A stretch of 64,000 nt of DNA from an uncultured Gemmatimonadaceae bacterium (GCA_963817955.1 CAWFQK010000004.1:32001-96000); one strand, 5' to 3'; positions 31,689 through 42,011 are shown, counted from the first letter of the stretch. Notes: a model not told the origin generated them from the sequence alone. Numbers and translations are program-made.

Positions 31689-32143
31689 TGAGTGTCTGCA
31701 TAACTGCCGCGACCGAGGCTGATCTGGCGGCGATCGCGGCGATCGAGCGGGCGGTATTCAGTGATCCGTGGTCGATCCAGTCCTTTCGTGACGCGCGATC
31801 GCACCCGGCGGTGTTCTTTGCCTGTGCGCGCAGTGACGACGACTGCGTGCTGGGTTATGTTGTGGCCTGGTTTGCTGCCGACGAGGGGGAGATCGCCAAC
31901 CTCGCCGTGGCACCCAGCGAGTGGGGCACTGGGCTCGGACAGGCGTTGCTCGACGCGACGCTTGGTCTGGCGATCGAACGAGGGGTGGCGGTGGTGTATC
32001 TGGAAGTGCGGGACTCGAATGCACGAGCGCGCCGGTTGTACGGATCGCGCGAGTTCGAGGAGATAGGACGACGGCGGGGTTACTATCGGCTGCCCGTCGA
32101 GGATGCCATCGTGCTGCGGCGCACGCTGAAGCAGGATGTGTGA
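31688..32143 (+). CDS. rimI: Ribosomal-protein alanine N-acetyltransferase
   Basis: IE..VFSDPWS, NLAV, LEVRDSN, RRGYY..EDA; follows tsaB. Confidence 0.88.
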   Translation: MSVCITAATEADLAAIAAIERAVFSDPWSIQSFRDARSHPAVFFACARSDDDCVLGYVVAWFAADEGEIANLAVAPSEWGTGLGQALLDATLGLAIERGVAVVYLEVRDSNARARRLYGSREFEEIGRRRGYYRLPVEDAIVLRRTLKQDV

Positions 32144-32262
32144 AGTGGATTGTGAAGTGTGCAACAGAAATCGTTGATGTGCGGGAATTTGCTTGCGCAT
32201 TGACACGGACTGGATCATACCGTGAGCGGCGAGGCAATCGACACTCTCGCCAGGAGGAAACA

Positions 32263-32760
32263 GTGAGCCGTAGTTTGAATAAGGTCACTTTGATCGGGAA
32301 TCTGGGTAACGACCCCGAAGTGCGTTCGACGACTGGTGGCAACCGCGTCGCCACGTTTTCGCTCGCGACCAGCCGGTCCTGGAACGATGCGTCGGGATCG
32401 AAGCAAGAGAAGACGGAGTGGCATCGCTGCGTCGTCTGGAACACGAAAAGCTCGCAACTCGCCGACATCGTCGAGCGGTACGTCAAGAAGGGCGACAAAC
32501 TCTACGTCGAGGGCCGGATTGAGTATCGCCAGTGGCAGGACAAGGATGGCCAAACGCGGTACAGCACCGAGATCAACGTGCGTGAGTTGATCATGCTCGG
32601 TGGCGGCAAGGGTGGCGGCGGAGACTTCGAAGGAAGTGAAAGCGGGGTGCGTCGCGCGCCGGCGGCAGCGTCAAAGGCCAAGGCTCCGACGACCGGTAGC
32701 GAGGACTTCGAGGATTTCCCCAACGCGCTGAACGACGGGGATGACGATCTGCCTTTTTAG
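32263..32760 (+). CDS. ssb: Single-stranded DNA-binding protein
   Basis: LNKVTLIGNLG.DPE, TEWH, acidic tail DDDLPF; SD AGGAGG. Confidence 0.97.
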   Translation: MSRSLNKVTLIGNLGNDPEVRSTTGGNRVATFSLATSRSWNDASGSKQEKTEWHRCVVWNTKSSQLADIVERYVKKGDKLYVEGRIEYRQWQDKDGQTRYSTEINVRELIMLGGGKGGGGDFEGSESGVRRAPAAASKAKAPTTGSEDFEDFPNALNDGDDDLPF

Positions 32761-32787
32761 GGTTTAGGGTTGATTGTTTAGCGAAGG

Positions 32788-32824
32788 AAACGCGGCGGCC
32801 GGGCGATGCCCGGCCGCCGCGTTT
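32788..32824. terminator. Hairpin terminator after ssb
   Basis: AAACGCGGCGGCCGGGC-GAT-GCCCGGCCGCCGCGTTT. Confidence 0.7.
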
Positions 32825-32975
32825 GCGAATCGATGCTACGTGTGTCGTGGATCACCAAAGCGCCTCGCGACGCGCGGGACGCCCACCCGCTGCATCTTCC
32901 CTCCGCCCCCTCCCTCGTTTCCCCGGCCTCCTCTGAATCGTCCACCGTCGAGACCGTCGCCGTCGGCCGTCGCCT

Positions 32976-34115
32976 GTGAATTCACGAATTTCGGGAGTGC
33001 ATGCTATGCTCGTGCGGGCTGTCCGCAGCCGGCAACGTGGACGGCTGATCCGCGTCGTCGCACTTACGATCCTCGCCATTGCCGCGCTCTCTGCTCGACC
33101 TGTCTTCGCGCAGGAGCCGGTGAAACCGATGCCGAAGACGCATACGGTGAAGCGCGGCGATACGCTCTGGGACATTGCCAAGTTGTACCTCGGCGATGCG
33201 TTCCTCTGGCCGGAAATCTACCGGCTCAACAGCGGCATCATCGAAGATCCGCACTGGATCTATCCGGGTGAGTTGCTCAAACTGCCGGGTGAGCGAGCGA
33301 AGGTCATCGCTGTCACGCCACCTCCTCCCAGCGTCCAACCGTCCGCGCCAGCGCAGGTCCTCGTCGCCCCGCCACGAGTGGACAGCGCACCGCCCGCTCC
33401 GCCTCCGCCGGGCAACACGGTGCGAGTAGGGGAGTTTGCCGCCGCGCCGTGGGTCGATCAGCGTGGAGGGCCGCGGCTGTCGGGCTACATCATGCAATCG
33501 GCTGACATACCAGGGATCGCGTCGGTCGATCGGTCGCGCATGCAATTGTACGATCGCATCCTTGTATCGCCGCCGGCCGGCGCCGTGGTGCCGGAGCGCG
33601 AGCGCTTCCTCGTGTACCGTCTGGGACCCCTCATCGAGGACTTTGGGCAAATCGTCATTCCCACGGGGATTGTCGAGATCACTCAGGCGCCGGGGAAGGG
33701 GGAGGCTGCCTCCGCTCGTGTCGTCAAGATCTTCAGCGAGATACTGCAGGGGCAGCGGCTCATTCGTTATGACACGAACGCCGCGATTGCGCTTGGCCGT
33801 CCTACTCCGGTGACGAATGGCCGCACGGGCAAGGTCCGCTGGATCTACAACGAGCCAGTGCTGACCAGCTTGCAGAGCTATCTCGTGCTCGATTTGTCGC
33901 GTGGAACTGGCGTAAACACGGGCGATCAGATCGAGCTCTATCAACCGCGCCAGAACCCGACCGACGGGCGCGAACTCGCCATCCCAGAGGTATCGATCGG
34001 GCGTGCGCAGGTACTTCGCGTCACACCGTTCGGCGCAACCGCGATCGTGACCAGCCAGGAGCAGCCGAAGATCGAGCAAGGCACTGCGGCACGTGTTGCG
34101 GCAAAGATGCCGTAA
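32976..34115 (+). CDS. LysM-domain exported protein, TsaP-like (start uncertain)
   Basis: Signal peptide, TVKRGDTLWDIA..LWPEIY..IEDPHWIYPG, Pro linker, beta-rich C-terminus. Confidence 0.7.
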   Translation: MNSRISGVHAMLVRAVRSRQRGRLIRVVALTILAIAALSARPVFAQEPVKPMPKTHTVKRGDTLWDIAKLYLGDAFLWPEIYRLNSGIIEDPHWIYPGELLKLPGERAKVIAVTPPPPSVQPSAPAQVLVAPPRVDSAPPAPPPPGNTVRVGEFAAAPWVDQRGGPRLSGYIMQSADIPGIASVDRSRMQLYDRILVSPPAGAVVPERERFLVYRLGPLIEDFGQIVIPTGIVEITQAPGKGEAASARVVKIFSEILQGQRLIRYDTNAAIALGRPTPVTNGRTGKVRWIYNEPVLTSLQSYLVLDLSRGTGVNTGDQIELYQPRQNPTDGRELAIPEVSIGRAQVLRVTPFGATAIVTSQEQPKIEQGTAARVAAKMP

Positions 34116-34149
34116 CTTGTGATCCGACACTAGATTTTGGCTAGCGCCA

Positions 34150-34956
34150 ATGATCGCGATCGCCCACCTCGCCGCCATCTTCTGCTACCTCGGCGCCGCA
34201 GCTCTTGCTGCGGTGCCGTTTGCTCGTCCGGTGCGTGCGCCGGTTGCTGGCGTCATCGGCATGCTCGGGGCAGGCGTCGTCGCGCACATCGCGGCGCTAC
34301 TCCTCTTCGCCCTTCGGGCGAGTGCACTGCCGCTGACCGGTCTCGGTCCGTCCCTGTCGTTCGCCGGGCTGGTGCTGGCGATGACCTTGCTCGTCGTGGA
34401 GGTGCTCGCTCGCGACGTGAGTCTCACCGTAGTAGCCGCGCCGTTCGCCGTGGTGCCGACGATCGTTGCGAGCATCATCGGTCTCACGCCAGGACGATCG
34501 GCTGAGGGCGTTCGCGGCGTCTGGCTATTCGCGCACATCGCATTGAGCTTCGTTGGTATCGCTGCTTTCGCCACCGCCGCTGCCGCCGGCACAATGTATC
34601 TGCTGCAGCGGCGGGAACTGAAGTCGCACCGATTTGGCACGTTGTTCCGGTTCTTCCCGCCGCTCGCCACCCTCGATCGCATGAATCATTTCGCGGCAAT
34701 CGTGGGATGGTTGGCGCTCACGCTCGGTGTCGTCCTCGCGTCTGCATATTCGGTCGCCTATCACGAACTGAACCTGCCGCAGCTCGTGTGGGGTACTGGC
34801 GCCTGGGTTGCCGTCACGGGCATTGCCATGGGACGCATGACGCGCGGTTGGCAGGCACAGCGCGCCGCGAAGTATTCAAGCGCGGCGTTCGTCCTGGTGC
34901 TCGTCCTCTATGTCGCGTTCCGTGTCGCTGGACCAGCGGCGGGACAGTTCCTGTGA
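34150..34956 (+). CDS. Cytochrome c assembly family membrane protein (CcsA/HemX-like)
   Basis: Multi-pass hydrophobic protein; HIALS..G, MYLLQRRELK, PPLATLDR; upstream of hemA. Confidence 0.75.
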   Translation: MIAIAHLAAIFCYLGAAALAAVPFARPVRAPVAGVIGMLGAGVVAHIAALLLFALRASALPLTGLGPSLSFAGLVLAMTLLVVEVLARDVSLTVVAAPFAVVPTIVASIIGLTPGRSAEGVRGVWLFAHIALSFVGIAAFATAAAAGTMYLLQRRELKSHRFGTLFRFFPPLATLDRMNHFAAIVGWLALTLGVVLASAYSVAYHELNLPQLVWGTGAWVAVTGIAMGRMTRGWQAQRAAKYSSAAFVLVLVLYVAFRVAGPAAGQFL

Positions 34957-34984
34957 GCGCGTGGGTTGCGGCAGGGGTGGCGAT

Positions 34985-36280
34985 ATGGCGCTGACCCTCG
35001 TTGGGATCAACCATCGGGGCGCTCCGCTCGACATACGGGAGCGCATTGCGTATGCGCCAAGTGACGTCGGCCCGGCGCTGGAGGCCCTGCGCGAGAACGC
35101 CGGAATGCGCGAAGCGGTCCTGATCTCCACGTGCAATCGGACGGAGATCTATCTCGTCGAATCGGATACCGATGCCGCGCCGGCGGTGTGGGCCGCGTTG
35201 TCGGAACGGATCGGTGGCGAAGCGTCGGAGTACGGATACGTCCGCCGCGATCGGGAGGCAGTCACGCATCTCTTCCGTGTTGCCAGCGGCCTCGATTCCA
35301 TGGTGCTGGGAGAGGCGCAGATTCACGGCCAGGTGCGCGATGCGTGGGAGAAGTGCCGCGTGCACTCGGGACCGGTGCTCAACCGCCTCTTTCAGACATC
35401 GCTCTTGGTGGCCGGCCGTGTGCGCAATGAAACGTCGATTGCGCGTGGCGCCGCCTCGGTGAGCTCGGCGGCCGTGCAGCTCTCGCGACAGATCTTCGGC
35501 TCGCTGGCGAACAAGCGCGCCATGGTGCTCGGGGCTGGCGCCATGGCCGAACTCGCACTGGAGTGCCTGGGCGATCAGGGGGTGCGCACGTCCATCGTTG
35601 CCAACCGCACGTATGAACATGCCACGAATCTGGCCGACCGGTACGGCGCCTTGGCCATGCATTACGACGAGTGCTGGACGGCGCTTGCCGACGTCGATGT
35701 GCTGGTGTGCTCGACTGCCGCGCCGCATGCGGTGGTGTTCGCCGATCACATTCGGCCCGCGCTCGCGGCGCGCGGCGACCGCCCGCTCTGCATTCTCGAC
35801 ATTGCGATGCCCCGCGACGTCGATCCCGCCGTGGGCGATCTCGCGAACGTGTTCCTCTACAATCTGGACGATTTGCAGGCAGTGGTCTCGGCCAATCTCG
35901 AGCGCCGGCGCGCCGAGTTGCCGACAGCCGAGCAGCTCATCGCCTCAGAGGTGGGACGGTTCTGGGATTGGGTGGCCGGGCTCGCCGCCGTGCCCGTGCT
36001 GACCGAGATGCGTGCTCGCATGGAGTCGGTGCGGACGCGCGAGCTGGCGGATGCGCTTCGACGGCTCGAGCATTTGCCACCGGCCGAACGCGCCGTGGTC
36101 GAGGAACTCTCTAGAACACTCATGAACAAATTCTTGCACGAACCGACGGTCCGTTTGCGTGCCGCCGCGGCCAACGGCCGCGGCCTCGGGGTGGTCGATA
36201 CCGTCCGCTACCTGTTTGGGCTCGAGCGCAAAACGAAAGCGCCGGAAGAGCAGCCCGCTCGCGCTGGAGGCGAGAGATGA
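34985..36280 (+). CDS. hemA: Glutamyl-tRNA reductase
   Basis: GINHRGAP, STCNRTE, SGLDSMVLGEAQI, GAGAM, DIAMPRD. Confidence 0.96.
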   Translation: MALTLVGINHRGAPLDIRERIAYAPSDVGPALEALRENAGMREAVLISTCNRTEIYLVESDTDAAPAVWAALSERIGGEASEYGYVRRDREAVTHLFRVASGLDSMVLGEAQIHGQVRDAWEKCRVHSGPVLNRLFQTSLLVAGRVRNETSIARGAASVSSAAVQLSRQIFGSLANKRAMVLGAGAMAELALECLGDQGVRTSIVANRTYEHATNLADRYGALAMHYDECWTALADVDVLVCSTAAPHAVVFADHIRPALAARGDRPLCILDIAMPRDVDPAVGDLANVFLYNLDDLQAVVSANLERRRAELPTAEQLIASEVGRFWDWVAGLAAVPVLTEMRARMESVRTRELADALRRLEHLPPAERAVVEELSRTLMNKFLHEPTVRLRAAAANGRGLGVVDTVRYLFGLERKTKAPEEQPARAGGER

Positions 36281-37248
36281 CGCGACGTGTGCTGATCACG
36301 GGCGGCGCCGGCTTCATTGGATCACACGTCGCGGAGCGCTTTCTCTCCGATGGATGGGCCGTTGAGATGGTTGACGATCTGTCGACCGGGAGCCGACGGA
36401 ACGTTCCCGATGGCGCAGTCCTGCACGTGGCCGACGTGCGCTCGGCCGACGCGGCCCGTCTCGTACAGGGCGGCGCGTTCGACGTCCTGATTCATCTCGC
36501 CGCGCAGATGGACGTGCGCCGGAGCGTGGCGGAGCCGGTATTCGACGCCAGCGTGAACATCATTGGCGCGTTGAACGTGCTGGAGGCCGTGCGTCGCAGC
36601 GATCACGCCGCGCGGCCACGCGTCGTGTTCTCGTCTACCGGCGGCGTCATTTATGGTGATCTCGCGACGCCGCCGAATCGCGAGACCACGCCAAAGGAAC
36701 CGGACTCGCCGTACGCCATCGCCAAGCTGTCCACCGAGCTGTATCTCGCCTACTACGCCCGGGTCCACGGTCTCGACACGGTGAGCGTGCGCTTCGGGAA
36801 TGTGTATGGGCCTCGCCAGGATCCGCACGGTGAGGCCGGCGTCGTCGCGATTTTTTGCGGCCGAATAGTCGACGGCCGCCCACTGACGGTTTTTGGTGAC
36901 GGCGCGCAGACCCGCGATTACGTGCACGTGACCGATGTCGCGGAGGCTACGTACCTCGCCGCGACGGCACCGATCCCGCCAGCGAATTGCGTGGACGAGC
37001 GGGCGTTCAACATCGGGACCGGGATCGGCACGCCGGTGCTCGCCTTGGCCGAAACACTCATCGCCGCGGCGGGCTCGTCGACAGCGATTGAGTTTGCGCC
37101 AAAGAGAGCGGGCGAGCAACAGCATTCTTTTCTGTCGATCGACAAGGCTCGCGCCGTGCTCGGATGGTCGCCGCGCATCTCGCTCGCCGACGGTCTGGCG
37201 GATACGTACCGATGGTTTGCCAAACGCGCGGCGTCGGTTCCAGCCTGA
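36277..37248 (+). CDS. NAD-dependent epimerase/dehydratase (GalE-like)
   Basis: GGAGFIGSH, HLAAQ, SSTGG, SPYAIAK, NVYGPRQDP. Confidence 0.85.
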   Translation: MTRRVLITGGAGFIGSHVAERFLSDGWAVEMVDDLSTGSRRNVPDGAVLHVADVRSADAARLVQGGAFDVLIHLAAQMDVRRSVAEPVFDASVNIIGALNVLEAVRRSDHAARPRVVFSSTGGVIYGDLATPPNRETTPKEPDSPYAIAKLSTELYLAYYARVHGLDTVSVRFGNVYGPRQDPHGEAGVVAIFCGRIVDGRPLTVFGDGAQTRDYVHVTDVAEATYLAATAPIPPANCVDERAFNIGTGIGTPVLALAETLIAAAGSSTAIEFAPKRAGEQQHSFLSIDKARAVLGWSPRISLADGLADTYRWFAKRAASVPA

Positions 37249-37270
37249 TGTCCCCTCCACTTCTCACATT

Positions 37271-38023
37271 GTGATCTTCGTTCCCATGCTGCTGCAGGCG
37301 TCCCACGGAGCTGTGCCATCGAGTCCGCTCGAACTGATCACGAACGCCACGACCATGACGCAGGTCGTATTGGTATTCCTGGCGGCATTGTCGCTGTTGA
37401 GTTGGGGGATCATGTTCGGGGTCTGGCACTCGCTCTCAAAGGCGATTGGCGCCGCGGAGAAGTTCGCGCGCGATTTCGAGCGGTCCTCCCAGCTGGACGA
37501 CGCGGGAGCGCTCGCCAAGCGGGCGCCGCCGGGCGCGCTGCCGCGCCTCTTTCTGCGCGCCATGCATTTTGTGTCCGATGTACGCGTCGCCAGCCAGCAA
37601 CTGCGCGAACGGGCCGGCGAGGAGCGTGACGCGCTAGCCTCGGCGACGTTGACCGGCTCGCAGATCGAAACGCTCCATCTGGTGCTGGACTCCGAAGCCT
37701 CGGACGAACGCGATCGCATTGGACGCTTTCTGCCCTGGCTGGCGACGATCGGGTCGGCCAGTCCGCTGATCGGGTTGTTCGGAACGGTGCTCGGCATCAT
37801 CGACGCATTCCTCGGCATTGCGTCGAAAGGCTCGGGCAATCTCTCGGCCGTGGCACCGGGCGTGGCCGAGGCGCTGATCGCGACGGCGGCAGCCCTGGCG
37901 GTCGCGATTCCGGCGACGTTCGGCTACAACATCTTCGCCAGCCGGCTGAACCGTTTTGACGGCCGCATGGAAAGCTTCAACACGGCGGTGATCGCGCTGC
38001 TCGTGCGCGCAGGACGCATCTGA
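37271..38023 (+). CDS. tolQ: TolQ (MotA/TolQ/ExbB family); start at 37271 or 37286
   Basis: LATIGSASPLIGLFGTV, APGVAEALIATA; first gene of the tol-pal cluster. Confidence 0.88.
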   Translation: MIFVPMLLQASHGAVPSSPLELITNATTMTQVVLVFLAALSLLSWGIMFGVWHSLSKAIGAAEKFARDFERSSQLDDAGALAKRAPPGALPRLFLRAMHFVSDVRVASQQLRERAGEERDALASATLTGSQIETLHLVLDSEASDERDRIGRFLPWLATIGSASPLIGLFGTVLGIIDAFLGIASKGSGNLSAVAPGVAEALIATAAALAVAIPATFGYNIFASRLNRFDGRMESFNTAVIALLVRAGRI

Positions 38024-38024
38024 C

Positions 38025-38438
38025 ATGGCGCGCCGCCGCCGTCGCGAACGCTTCGTGCTCAACGCCGACGTCAACGTCGTGAGCCTGATCGACGTCATGC
38101 TCCTGCTGCTGGTTATCTTCATGATCACCGCGCCAATGATGCAGGGCGGCGTGGACCTGTCGCTGCCGAAAACCGAGGCCAAACCACTGGAGTCGAAGGA
38201 TGGCCTGACGATCACGGTGAATCGGACCGGACAGATCGTCGTGGACGATGCGCCGCTCACCCTCGGCGAATTTCGCGTCGCGGTGAAGAGCTTGGCGGCG
38301 AACCGATCGCGCAATGGCGTGTATCTCCGTGCAGACCAGAACGTCAGCTACGGTGTGATCGCGCAGCTGCTGGCGATCCTGAATGCGGCTGGCATCAACA
38401 ACGTCGGGCTCGTCACCGAGCCGGAGGAGTTTCGATAG
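38025..38438 (+). CDS. tolR: TolR (ExbD/TolR family)
   Basis: NVVSLIDVMLLLLVIFMITAP, LRAD. Confidence 0.9.
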   Translation: MARRRRRERFVLNADVNVVSLIDVMLLLLVIFMITAPMMQGGVDLSLPKTEAKPLESKDGLTITVNRTGQIVVDDAPLTLGEFRVAVKSLAANRSRNGVYLRADQNVSYGVIAQLLAILNAAGINNVGLVTEPEEFR

Positions 38439-38439
38439 C

Positions 38440-39192
38440 GTGTCCGCGGCACCGGCACCGAGACTGACCGCTGGACTGTTCGCGTCGGTGCTCCTGCACG
38501 GAGCGGTGATCGCGGCGTTCCTCACACTACGTCCCGCCGCGCCGCTGCCTTCGCCCCCGATGTACCGCGTGCAACTCATCGCGGCACCGGCGGGCGAGCG
38601 CGCCATTGGCGTCGTTCGAGATCAGCCGTCCGTGGCGTCGCCCGCGGCGCCGTTACCCGCAGTGCCGTCGCCCGCGGCACCGTCGCCCCCAGTACCGTCG
38701 CCGCCGGTCGCCAAAATTGCCCCGAAGACTAAGCCGGCAGCAATGAAGAAGAACAAGGCTGCGCCGGCCCCGAAGACCGTCACGCCGATGCCGAAAGCAA
38801 CGAGCGGCGACAAGGCGAAAGCCAACGCACCTACCGCTGGTGGCGGTCCCACGGGCGGTAAGGGCGCCGACGTCGCGAACATCGACACGCCCGGCATCGA
38901 GTTCCCGTATCCGGGTTACATCAACAACATCACCCGGCAGATCCTGCTGCAGTTTCGCGCGCATCCGACGCGCTTCGTCCTGACGGCGGAGGTGCGCTTC
39001 ATGATTCGGCGGGACGGCTCTGTCGACGGCATCAACATGGTGACGTCATCGGGCAAATTTACATTCGATCAACAAGCGCTCGGCGCGGTGGAATCCGTGG
39101 CCAACGCACACCTCTTCGGACCGCTTCCTCCTGGCTTCCGTGAGGACATCTTGCCGGTGACCTTTCGCTTCACTCCTTCGCTTCTCCGATGA
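38440..39192 (+). CDS. tolA: TolA/TonB-like energy transducer
   Basis: N-terminal TM with S..LH, Pro/Lys-rich linker, TonB_C-like SSG..FD..A. Confidence 0.75.
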   Translation: MSAAPAPRLTAGLFASVLLHGAVIAAFLTLRPAAPLPSPPMYRVQLIAAPAGERAIGVVRDQPSVASPAAPLPAVPSPAAPSPPVPSPPVAKIAPKTKPAAMKKNKAAPAPKTVTPMPKATSGDKAKANAPTAGGGPTGGKGADVANIDTPGIEFPYPGYINNITRQILLQFRAHPTRFVLTAEVRFMIRRDGSVDGINMVTSSGKFTFDQQALGAVESVANAHLFGPLPPGFREDILPVTFRFTPSLLR

Positions 39193-40508
39193 CGCGCCTT
39201 TCTCGAGCCGTTTGGTCCGTTTTCGCCACGGCATTCCTGATTCCCGTCGTCGCGCGCGGCCAGGACACCACGTTCCGCGGCATCACGATCAACGGCGTGT
39301 ACGATCCGTTGCGCGACAAGGTTGGGATCATTGTGCTGCCCGTCGCCGGTGCGTTCGGCGATTCCGTGCGGGCGCTCGTGCAGCGCGATCTCGACTATAG
39401 CGATCGTTTCACGGTCCTGCAGCTCGACACCACCGACCCGAACGTGCAGAAGGCGCCGGGCTCCGCGGCGGGGCTCAATTATCGGCTGTTCGCGCGCCTC
39501 GCTGCCTCAGCGGTGGTGCAGATCACGCCCGTCATCTCTGGGCTGCACGTCGCGCTGCACGACGTCGCGCGCGGACAAGTGACGAACGTCGCCGAGTTCG
39601 CATTGCCGTCGTCCGGGCTGAGTCGCGACTGGCGCCTGGCGGTGCACCGTGCGTCGGACGAGATCGAGCGGTGGATCACCGGCCAGCCAGGCATTGCCTC
39701 CACGCGCATCGCGTACTTGCGCGGTCAGTCTGTTCGCATCGTGGACAGCGACGGCGCGGACGAGATTACCGTGCCGACCGACGAGAACGGATTCAGCCCA
39801 GCGTGGAGTCCGAACGGCTCAATGCTCGTATACAATACGTTTGGCGGTGTCGGCTCGCGGTTGGTGCTGATCGATCTGGCCACCGGGCGCTCGCGCACGC
39901 TGGCGACGGCTCCGCGTAACACGCAATACATCACGCCGGAGTTCATGCCGGACGGCAACACCATCGTGTTCTCGCGCTCGGGCGAGAACGGCTCCGACAT
40001 CTACTCCATTGGCATCGGCGGCGGAGATGCCCCGCGGCGGCTGACGGTAGGCCAGGGTACGGAGAACACGAATCCGACGCCCAGCCCCGACGGGCGTCGA
40101 ATTGTCTTTGTGTCCGGCCGCGAAGGACACCCGGAGTTGTATATTATGAACGCCGATGGCACCGGCATCGACAAGCTGACGAACTACGACTTCAGCGAGA
40201 GGACTTACCGGTCGGACCCTGACTGGTCGCCAGATGGACGGTTCGTGGCGTACCAGGAGCGCATCAAAGATTCAATGCAGATCATGACGATCCGTGCGGG
40301 GGGTGGCACGCCGAAGCTGTTGACGAGCGAGGGGCAGAACGAGCAGCCCGCTTGGTCGCCGGACTCCCGGCACCTCATCTTCACTTCGTCGCGCACCGGC
40401 GTGCGGCAGTTGTGGGTGCTCGACACGGAATCGGGCCGGATGCGGCAGGTGACGAAGTCGGCCGGGGCGCGGCTGGCGTCGTGGTCGTCGCGGTTGGTTG
40501 GGCAGTGA
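39189..40508 (+). CDS. tolB: TolB beta-propeller protein
   Basis: RDLDYSDRF and repeated P.WSPDG (PD40) motifs. Confidence 0.88.
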   Translation: MTRLSRAVWSVFATAFLIPVVARGQDTTFRGITINGVYDPLRDKVGIIVLPVAGAFGDSVRALVQRDLDYSDRFTVLQLDTTDPNVQKAPGSAAGLNYRLFARLAASAVVQITPVISGLHVALHDVARGQVTNVAEFALPSSGLSRDWRLAVHRASDEIERWITGQPGIASTRIAYLRGQSVRIVDSDGADEITVPTDENGFSPAWSPNGSMLVYNTFGGVGSRLVLIDLATGRSRTLATAPRNTQYITPEFMPDGNTIVFSRSGENGSDIYSIGIGGGDAPRRLTVGQGTENTNPTPSPDGRRIVFVSGREGHPELYIMNADGTGIDKLTNYDFSERTYRSDPDWSPDGRFVAYQERIKDSMQIMTIRAGGGTPKLLTSEGQNEQPAWSPDSRHLIFTSSRTGVRQLWVLDTESGRMRQVTKSAGARLASWSSRLVGQ

Positions 40509-40566
40509 TAAGGACCTTCTCTCTATATATCACTCATCTCGTTCCGTTACTCCGAGGAGATTCAGA

Positions 40567-41202
40567 ATGAAGCAGACCCGGCGCATTGCAGTGCTGACGA
40601 TGGCTCTGGTGTCCGTAGCGGCCCTCGACGCGTGCCACAAGACGCCGGCTCCGGTGCCGGCGCCCGCTCCTGTCGTGGCAAGTCCGAATGCCGATAGTGC
40701 GCGCCGTTCCCAGGAAGACGCAGCCCGCCGTGCCGCGGCCGCGGCTGCCGCCGCATCGGCTGCCGCCGCCCACCGCACCGATTCCATTGCCGCCGCGGAC
40801 GCCGCGGCTCGCGACGCTGCCGCGGCAGCCGCGAATATGCGTGCGACGTTGGCCGCCGTGGTGCATTTCGACTTCGACAAGTCGGATCTTCGGCCGGAAG
40901 ACCGCTCCATTCTCGACGCCAAGGTGCCGATTCTCCAGGCTAACCCCGGCGTGATGCTGCGCGTTGCCGGCAACACCGACGAGCGTGGCTCAGACGAGTA
41001 CAACCTCGCGCTCGGCCAGCGCCGCGCCGCGGCGGTGAAGCAGTACCTCGTGGAGCACGGAATTGATGCATCGCGCATCGAGACCATCAGCTATGGAGAG
41101 GAGCGGCCGGTGGCTCAAGGATCAGATGAAGCCGCCTGGGCGCAAAACCGGCGGGCGGAGTTCGAGATCACGGCCGGCGGGCAGACGCTCCGTCGCCCAT
41201 GA
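40567..41202 (+). CDS. pal: Peptidoglycan-associated lipoprotein
   Basis: Lipobox LDAC, HFDFDKS, DERGSDEYNLALGQRRA, SYGEERP, NRRAEF. Confidence 0.93.
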   Translation: MKQTRRIAVLTMALVSVAALDACHKTPAPVPAPAPVVASPNADSARRSQEDAARRAAAAAAAASAAAAHRTDSIAAADAAARDAAAAAANMRATLAAVVHFDFDKSDLRPEDRSILDAKVPILQANPGVMLRVAGNTDERGSDEYNLALGQRRAAAVKQYLVEHGIDASRIETISYGEERPVAQGSDEAAWAQNRRAEFEITAGGQTLRRP

Positions 41203-42011
41203 GACGCTGGACCTCATTTGCGCCGATCGCGCTGCTTGCGACCGGCGGATGCTTGGCGTCGAAGAGTGACATTCGGCTGATCCAGGACGAGTTGCGCGCC
41301 ACACGCGCGCAACTCGCTTTGGATGACACGTCCATGCTGCGCGCCAACGAGTCACGTCGGTCGCAGATTGCGCAGCTCTCGGCTTCGATCGACCGAATGA
41401 ATGATTCCCTGCGCGTCGCGGCCGCGCGTTTGGCGTCATTTCAGGCGGCGACGACCGGCGAATTCGACGCGATGGGCAAGCAGATGGTGCGGGTTCAAGC
41501 GTTGCTCGACCAATCGACGCGCAACCTGCAGAATGCACAGGCTCAACTCGAGGCACTAAAAGAGCAGGGTGGTGTCCCGTCGGAGCCGGCAGCCGCTGCT
41601 CCGTCGTCCGACACGGCGCGATTGGCGCCATCCGGCCCGGGCCCTTCCACGCTCTTTCTGAGCGCGAAGGACCAGCTCGACACCCGGGCGTACGGCCTGG
41701 CGCGTGCGGGCTTCGAGCGATTGCTCAGCACCTATCCGACATCGGAGCAGGCGCCGCGGGCGCAGTTGTACATCGGCGAAGCGTATAAGGCCGAAGGGAA
41801 CACGGCCGCGGCAGACTCTGTATATCTGCTCGTTGCGAGCAAGTATCCGCGGAGTTCGGCAGCAGCCACTGGCCTGTATCGCCACGGCAAGACGCTGTGG
41901 GATGCGAACAAGAAGGGCGATGCGCGTCCGTATCTGAATCGTGTCATTCGCGAGTTTCCGAACTCCGACGAAGCTCGGCTGGCAAAGGATTTGTTGGGCG
42001 GAAGAGAGTAG
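41199..42011 (+). CDS. cpoB: CpoB/YbgF-like TPR lipoprotein
   Basis: Lipobox-like Cys, coiled coil, C-terminal TPR; follows pal. Confidence 0.75.
   Translation: MRRWTSFAPIALLATGGCLASKSDIRLIQDELRATRAQLALDDTSMLRANESRRSQIAQLSASIDRMNDSLRVAAARLASFQAATTGEFDAMGKQMVRVQALLDQSTRNLQNAQAQLEALKEQGGVPSEPAAAAPSSDTARLAPSGPGPSTLFLSAKDQLDTRAYGLARAGFERLLSTYPTSEQAPRAQLYIGEAYKAEGNTAAADSVYLLVASKYPRSSAAATGLYRHGKTLWDANKKGDARPYLNRVIREFPNSDEARLAKDLLGGRE

Noticed and set aside
32200..32205. Perfect TTGACA upstream of ssb as a promoter
   Set aside because: No acceptable -10 hexamer at 16-18 bp spacing, so it was not called.
40720..40835. Poly-Ala GCC/GCG runs in pal as a repeat element
   Set aside because: An ordinary low-complexity linker in a lipoprotein.
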